Source: Spirochaetia bacterium
Lineage (GTDB): Bacteria; Spirochaetota; Spirochaetia; UBA9216
Direction of reading: 5' to 3'
Length of the DNA: 64,000 nt
NCBI GenBank assembly: GCA_963675665.1
Contig: OY776510.1
Span: forward strand, 3,744,001-3,808,000
Positions 59,156-64,000 of this stretch are shown piece by piece. Every line of letters begins with the position of its first letter. Positions within the stretch are counted from its first letter, which is position 1. The notes beneath the pieces are model-generated. The model was not told the origin of the DNA. It searched no databases and saw only the letters and a program-made list of their open reading frames with translations. Made by a program: the position numbers and the translations under genes.

Positions 59156-59647
59156 ATGAACAACGCCGAGATGGTTACTGAAAAAGAACTGATAACCAAA
59201 TTCAGGGCTGCAATTAAAGACAGAGCTACATGGTTTGCACTGCTCTATCGGGAGTTTCTGTCCGAACTTCCTGCGGCGACAGTCGAAAAGGCAAGCCGGA
59301 ACGCTATATATGCATACGGAAAGCTGAAAGCCTCACGGGATACAGCGGATTTTTCAGCAGGGGAGCTTCTTGACAATTTCGTAGAAACGGGGGGCGCAAA
59401 AATCTTCGATGCAAAAATTGAGAATACAGCTGAAGGAGTACTTAATAAAGTTCACAACTGCGCGCTTGTCGATGCATGGAAAGAAATGAACTGTTCACAG
59501 GAAGAAGTTGAACTATTCTGTGATATTGCGATGGACGGCGATCGGGGTCGCGCTGAAGGCCACGGTTTAACCCTCAAACTCAGGGAAACTCTGGCCAAAA
59601 ATGATGATTATTGCTGGATTTGCCTGTCTGATCCTGATAATAAATAA
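59156..59647 (+). CDS. L-2-amino-thiazoline-4-carboxylate hydrolase-like protein, paralog 1
   Basis: AIKDRATW, CALVDAW, LFCDIAMDGDRG and C-terminal Cys motifs; family assigned from recall. Confidence 0.7.
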   Translation: MNNAEMVTEKELITKFRAAIKDRATWFALLYREFLSELPAATVEKASRNAIYAYGKLKASRDTADFSAGELLDNFVETGGAKIFDAKIENTAEGVLNKVHNCALVDAWKEMNCSQEEVELFCDIAMDGDRGRAEGHGLTLKLRETLAKNDDYCWICLSDPDNK

Positions 59648-59671
59648 AACACACAAATTATGGAGACAAAT

Positions 59672-60160
59672 ATGAGCGAAAACAAGGAAATGGTTACCAA
59701 GGAAGAGATGATTACAAAAATCAGAGCAGCAATTAAGGACAGAGCTACATGGTTTGCCCTCCTTTATGAAGAATTCTGCAAAGAACTTCCTGAAGAAAAG
59801 GTTATTGAACTCAGCCGAAAAGCAATAACCAGGTACGGTTATATGAAAGCGGCAAAAGATCCTGAACCCTTCAAAGCAAAAGACTGGGTAATAAGACATA
59901 AGGATAAAGGATCTGCCGATGTCTTTGATTCGGATATTGAATACAATGATACTGAAGCAACGCAAAGAATGAAAAATTGTGCCCTTGTAGATGCCTGGAA
60001 AGAGATGAATTACAGTCCGGAAAAAATTGATCTTTTCTGCGATATTGCAATGGACGGTGACCGGGGCCGGGCTCAGGGTCACGACAATATTATAATGGAG
60101 TTACATGAGACCATTGGCAAGGGGTGTGATTTCTGCAGACTGGTTATAAAAGAAAAATAG
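59672..60160 (+). CDS. L-2-amino-thiazoline-4-carboxylate hydrolase-like protein, paralog 2
   Basis: Same motifs as paralog 1; GGAG SD before ATG 59672. Confidence 0.7.
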   Translation: MSENKEMVTKEEMITKIRAAIKDRATWFALLYEEFCKELPEEKVIELSRKAITRYGYMKAAKDPEPFKAKDWVIRHKDKGSADVFDSDIEYNDTEATQRMKNCALVDAWKEMNYSPEKIDLFCDIAMDGDRGRAQGHDNIIMELHETIGKGCDFCRLVIKEK

Positions 60161-60175
60161 TCGGAGGATGGATAG

Positions 60176-60724
60176 TTGAACATTTATTTCTGCGGAATGA
60201 TTGGCACCGGCAAAACTACCATCGGGCTGAAACTTTCTGAAGAGCTTGGGCTTGATTTCTATGATCTTGATCGTGTTATGGACAACAGACTCGGTTATTC
60301 ATTTCACAAACTGGTAGCAGAAAAAGGCTGGCTGGCATTCAGGGAACTTGAATATTCAATCTGCCGCGATTTTTCAAAAAAGAAAAACTCAATAATATGC
60401 CTCGGCGGCGGTACGGTTCGATACGACTGGAACGTCGATATTCTGAAACCAACAGGAAAATTGATTCTTTTCGAAGCATCAATTGCAGTACTGGTTAACC
60501 GTGTATCGAAGGCGGACAGGCCCCGGGTCAATGAAGGTGTAAGCCTTGAAGAGGACCTTCGAATTATGTATGAACAATCGCATGACAAGTATCTTGCCGC
60601 CGCAGATATTATTTATCGGACAGACAAAAAATCTGAAGATGAAGAAGTTCAGGACATCAAAGATATGATTTTTACAGATCCGGATCTGTCTGAAATTAAA
60701 TTACATTGCAAATCATCAGCATAA
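60176..60724 (+). CDS. Shikimate kinase-like P-loop kinase
   Basis: TTG start after GGAGG; GMIGTGKTT, DLD, FRELE, LGGG and RP motifs. Confidence 0.8.
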   Translation: MNIYFCGMIGTGKTTIGLKLSEELGLDFYDLDRVMDNRLGYSFHKLVAEKGWLAFRELEYSICRDFSKKKNSIICLGGGTVRYDWNVDILKPTGKLILFEASIAVLVNRVSKADRPRVNEGVSLEEDLRIMYEQSHDKYLAAADIIYRTDKKSEDEEVQDIKDMIFTDPDLSEIKLHCKSSA

Positions 60725-60735
60725 AGGAGAATTAT

Positions 60736-61116
60736 ATGAAAGAAATAATTAATACTGAAAAGGCCCCGTCCGCTATCGGGCCATATTCACAGGCCGTTAA
60801 AATAAACGGCTTTGTATATACTTCCGGACAGCTCGGTATTAACCCGGCAACAGGAGAACTTCCGGAAGGAGTTGAAGCCCAAACTGAAGCTTCCATTAAA
60901 AACGCCGAAGCGATTCTGAATGCCGAAGGATTAACGCTTTCCGATGTCTTTAAAACTCTGGTGTTTATTAAAGACATGAATGATTTCGGAAAGGTCAATA
61001 ATGTATACAGCAGATTTTTCACCGAAAATTTCCCTGCGCGAAGCTGTGTTGAAGTTGCCAGACTTCCAAAGGATGCGCTTGTTGAAATTGAATTCATTGC
61101 CGGCTGTCAGGAATAA
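60736..61116 (+). CDS. ridA: RidA-family enamine/imine deaminase
   Basis: APSAIGPYSQA, SGQL and FPARSCVEVARLPKDALVEIE motifs. Confidence 0.9.
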   Translation: MKEIINTEKAPSAIGPYSQAVKINGFVYTSGQLGINPATGELPEGVEAQTEASIKNAEAILNAEGLTLSDVFKTLVFIKDMNDFGKVNNVYSRFFTENFPARSCVEVARLPKDALVEIEFIAGCQE

Positions 61117-61119
61117 TAA

Positions 61120-62445
61120 ATGAAAAATGAACTATGGAATGATTTTATTATTCTAATCAAACAGGAAGTTGTGCCGGCCCTGGGCTGCACGGAACCAATT
61201 GCCGTAGCTCTTGCTGCAGCCAAAGCTGCGGAAGTTCTCGGAAAAGAACCTGAGGCTATTGATGTATATCTCAGCCAGAATGTACTTAAAAACGGCATGA
61301 GCGTCGGAATTCCGGGAACCGGGCTTTACGGCCTTGAGATAGCAACCGCCGTAGGAGCATTGGGCGGGAATTCCACTTACGGACTTGAAGTACTTAAAAA
61401 CCTTACTCCTGAAAATCTTGAAAAAGGCAAAGCTATGCTTAAAGCCGGAAAAGTAAAGGTTAACCTTAAAGAAGTTCCGGATGTACTTTATATTGAAGTT
61501 ACAGTAAGAACATCCGATGAAAACGCAAAGGTTATCATCAAAAAACGCCACGACAATATCTGTTATATTGAGCAAAACGGTAAAATCATTCTTGATTCCG
61601 ATATGGATAAAGCATCAGCAGATTCGGCATCAGATAATCCTTCCGCCAAATTACTTGAAGAACTCAGTGAAAAGGATATCTGGGATTTTGCAACAAATGT
61701 ACCGCTTGAAAAAATTGAATTTATAATGGAAGCCGTAGAATTAAACAAAAAGATATCAGAAGAAGGATTAAGGGGTGATTACGGCCTTAAGGTAGGAAAA
61801 TCTATTGATGAAAATATCATCAAGGGATTTCTTCAGTCCGACCTGAGCAATGATGCCGTAAAAAGAACAGCAAGCGGCGCCGATGCCCGAATGGCCGGTT
61901 CGGACCTGCCGGTTATGAGTAATTCAGGAAGCGGAAACCAGGGAATAACTGCGACAATGCCTGTAGTGGCCGTAGCGGAAAAAATCGGCTCAGGCCGTGA
62001 ACAGCTTATACGCGCGCTGATTTTAAGCCACCTTACTTCCATTCACATGAAATCCAAAATGGACAGGCTGTCCGCCCTTTGCGGAGCGTCTGTTGCAGCT
62101 ACCGGCGCCAGCTGCGGAGTTGTGTACCTTCTCGGCGGTGTTTATGAACATGTAGAGTATGCAATTAAAAATATGGTTGGAAACATTGCCGGAATGGTAT
62201 GCGACGGAGCCAAAACAAGCTGCGCGCTTAAAGTAGCTTCATCAGTAAGCGCCGGGGTTCAGGGAGCATTACTGGCCATAAACAGCATAGGCGTTACGGA
62301 AATAGAAGGTATTGTTGAAGAAGATATCGAAAGAACAATAAACAATCTCGGAAAACTCGGTTCAAGCGGCATGGCTGAAACCGATAAGGTTATTCTTTCA
62401 ATAATGACATCGAAAGTTAAAGCATATAAAGACAAGGCGGTTTAG
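61120..62445 (+). CDS. L-cysteine desulfidase family (CyuA/YhaM-like)
   Basis: PALGCTEP, KNGMSVGIPGT, DARMAG..PVMSNSGSGNQG, LSALCG and GMVCDGAKTSCALK motifs. Confidence 0.88.
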   Translation: MKNELWNDFIILIKQEVVPALGCTEPIAVALAAAKAAEVLGKEPEAIDVYLSQNVLKNGMSVGIPGTGLYGLEIATAVGALGGNSTYGLEVLKNLTPENLEKGKAMLKAGKVKVNLKEVPDVLYIEVTVRTSDENAKVIIKKRHDNICYIEQNGKIILDSDMDKASADSASDNPSAKLLEELSEKDIWDFATNVPLEKIEFIMEAVELNKKISEEGLRGDYGLKVGKSIDENIIKGFLQSDLSNDAVKRTASGADARMAGSDLPVMSNSGSGNQGITATMPVVAVAEKIGSGREQLIRALILSHLTSIHMKSKMDRLSALCGASVAATGASCGVVYLLGGVYEHVEYAIKNMVGNIAGMVCDGAKTSCALKVASSVSAGVQGALLAINSIGVTEIEGIVEEDIERTINNLGKLGSSGMAETDKVILSIMTSKVKAYKDKAV

Positions 62446-62447
62446 AA

Positions 62448-62936
62448 ATGAAAATTAAGAATAATCCTGTACAGCATGATTCACATATAGATTCAATCAG
62501 AAACGCAATCGAGCACAGGGCCACCTGGATGTATCTGCTTATGGATGAAGCAAGAAAGCGGGGTCTTGAATGGGAAGACTTCGGCAGGGATGCAATTCTT
62601 CGCTGCGGGCATTTCCACGGTCAGACAAAATTTCCTGAAACTGAAAACCTGAAAACTTTCGGTGAAAGTTTTGCTACTGAAGACCTGAAAAAAGTCTTTG
62701 ACATGAATGTTGTTCAGTGCGACGAAGATGCTTTTATTGTCGAATTCAATTACTGCCCGCTCCTCTCCGCCTGGATTAAACAGACGGATAATGAGAAAGA
62801 TATTGAGCTTCTTTGTGATATCGCCATGGACGGCGATCGCGGAATTATTGAAGAATACCCGAAATTCAATTTTGATCTCCAAAGTACTCTCGCCTGCGGC
62901 GACAAGGTCTGCCGGCTGGTGATTTCAAAGAAATAG
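62448..62936 (+). CDS. L-2-amino-thiazoline-4-carboxylate hydrolase-like protein, paralog 3
   Basis: AIEHRATW, CPLLSAW, LLCDIAMDGDRG and TLACGDKVC motifs. Confidence 0.72.
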   Translation: MKIKNNPVQHDSHIDSIRNAIEHRATWMYLLMDEARKRGLEWEDFGRDAILRCGHFHGQTKFPETENLKTFGESFATEDLKKVFDMNVVQCDEDAFIVEFNYCPLLSAWIKQTDNEKDIELLCDIAMDGDRGIIEEYPKFNFDLQSTLACGDKVCRLVISKK

Positions 62937-62947
62937 GGTTTTATTCG

Positions 62948-62975
62948 ACGGGTATCCTTAAAGACGGATACCCGT
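62948..62975. other. Stem-loop at the end of the catabolic operon
   Basis: ACGGGTATCC-ttaaagac-GGATACCCGT 10-bp stem with a weak U-tract. Confidence 0.5.
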
Positions 62976-62987
62976 TATAATCCCGTC

Positions 62988-63872
62988 ATGACGGTTAAAA
63001 TCCCCCGGTTAACCGGATTCTGTCCGGGTGTTAAAGCGGCTGAAAAAAGAATTTTTTCGGAAACAGAAAACTCTCCCCAAAAAAAACATTCTGTTATCGG
63101 AATGATGATAAATAATCGTAAATATATTGAGTATCTGAATGAAAACAATATCCTTACAATAGAATCGGAAGACAATATTCCTGATGGTTCTACCCTTTTT
63201 ATCAGAACGCATGGAATAGACAGGGAAACTCAGTCACGGTTGTCTCAAAATTATAACCTTATCGATCTTACCTGCCGGAATGTAAAACGGGTTCAGGAAA
63301 TAATCAAAATACATTCGGATAAAGGACAAACTATAATTATAACCGGAAAAAAAAGTCATCCCGAGGTCACGGGTCTAAAAAGTTACGGGTCAGAGGTATT
63401 TGTCATAGAAACACCTGAAGAACTTGAAAACTTTCTGTCCAATCTGAAAATCGACGGAACTGCATTCAATCCTGCATCAGTTTCAGGGATATTCATAACG
63501 TCCCAGACAACCGGCAGCCGTACACTTTTTGAATCTGCAATTGAAAAAATCAGAAGCCGATGGCCTGAATTAACAGTTGAAAGTTTCAATTCCATCTGCC
63601 CCGTTACAGAAAAAAAAGAAAATGAAGCGCTTGAAATTCAGCAGGAAGTAGACATCAGTTTCGTCATCGGCGACCCGTTGTCTTCCAACGCCAAAAAGCT
63701 TTACAGGCGCTTATCCGAATCCGGCAGAAAAACCTTCTTTATACAGGATGTCGAAGAACTCAAAAAACTTGATATCGACTTCAGCGGCCTTGAAAGCGCC
63801 CTTGTTGTATCATCTGCTTCAACTCCGGACTTTGTTGAAAAAAAAGTTGTAGATTACCTGCTTCTTAAATAA
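62988..63872 (+). CDS. ispH: 4-hydroxy-3-methylbut-2-enyl diphosphate reductase (divergent)
   Basis: GFCPGV, RTHG, DLTC, HPEV, SQTT, SIC, SSN and AST motifs; three cluster Cys present. Confidence 0.85.
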   Translation: MTVKIPRLTGFCPGVKAAEKRIFSETENSPQKKHSVIGMMINNRKYIEYLNENNILTIESEDNIPDGSTLFIRTHGIDRETQSRLSQNYNLIDLTCRNVKRVQEIIKIHSDKGQTIIITGKKSHPEVTGLKSYGSEVFVIETPEELENFLSNLKIDGTAFNPASVSGIFITSQTTGSRTLFESAIEKIRSRWPELTVESFNSICPVTEKKENEALEIQQEVDISFVIGDPLSSNAKKLYRRLSESGRKTFFIQDVEELKKLDIDFSGLESALVVSSASTPDFVEKKVVDYLLLK

Positions 63873-63905
63873 AAACGGCCGAAGGATTTTACTCATCCGG
63901 CCGTT
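63871..63905. terminator. Probable terminator between convergent genes
   Basis: AACGGCCG...CGGCCGTT stem, with an A-run that gives a U-tract on the minus strand. Confidence 0.55.
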
Positions 63906-63927
63906 AAATATTTAATTAAGTTAAAAA

Positions 63928-64000
63928 CTATTTGAATGCTTTTTCCATAATGGCAATTGTATCATCTTTGGAAAGCTCATAGCGGTCCATATCAAAGAGT
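63928..64000 (-). CDS. 3' end of a gene, possibly an iron-containing alcohol dehydrogenase (partial)
   Basis: Minus frame LFDMDRYELSKDDTIAIMEKAFK*; resemblance judged from the C-terminus only. Confidence 0.45.
   Translation of the reverse strand, partial: LFDMDRYELSKDDTIAIMEKAFK

Overview
Bacterial chromosomal window, most likely from a free-living Spirochaetales genome (inferred from FAGGxQE-type solute-binding protein N-termini and overall gene content). It carries signalling genes (HD-GYP, two histidine kinases, an NtrC-type activator), xylose catabolism (xylB-xylA), TRAP, SSS, polar amino acid and Liv-type ABC transporters, a GH36 alpha-galactosidase, tRNA-Thr(CGT) followed by an array of tRNA-derived repeats, and a long GntR-headed catabolic operon with three ATC-hydrolase-like paralogs. 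The main discovery candidate is an IS110-family system. Two near-identical 1,382-bp copies each sit in the Shine-Dalgarno sequence (TAGGAG) of a translationally coupled gene junction, and the element restores the SD at its right end. Its 5' non-coding region folds like a bridge RNA: one loop spells the circle junction (ATAGGAG+GAATG) and the other spells an idealised ribosome-binding site plus start codon (TTAGGAG+AAAAATG). Two ~100-bp three-hairpin elements with covarying stems occupy the same kind of site, one beside the IS and one between xylB and xylA. All family assignments come from motif recognition by eye; no searches were run.
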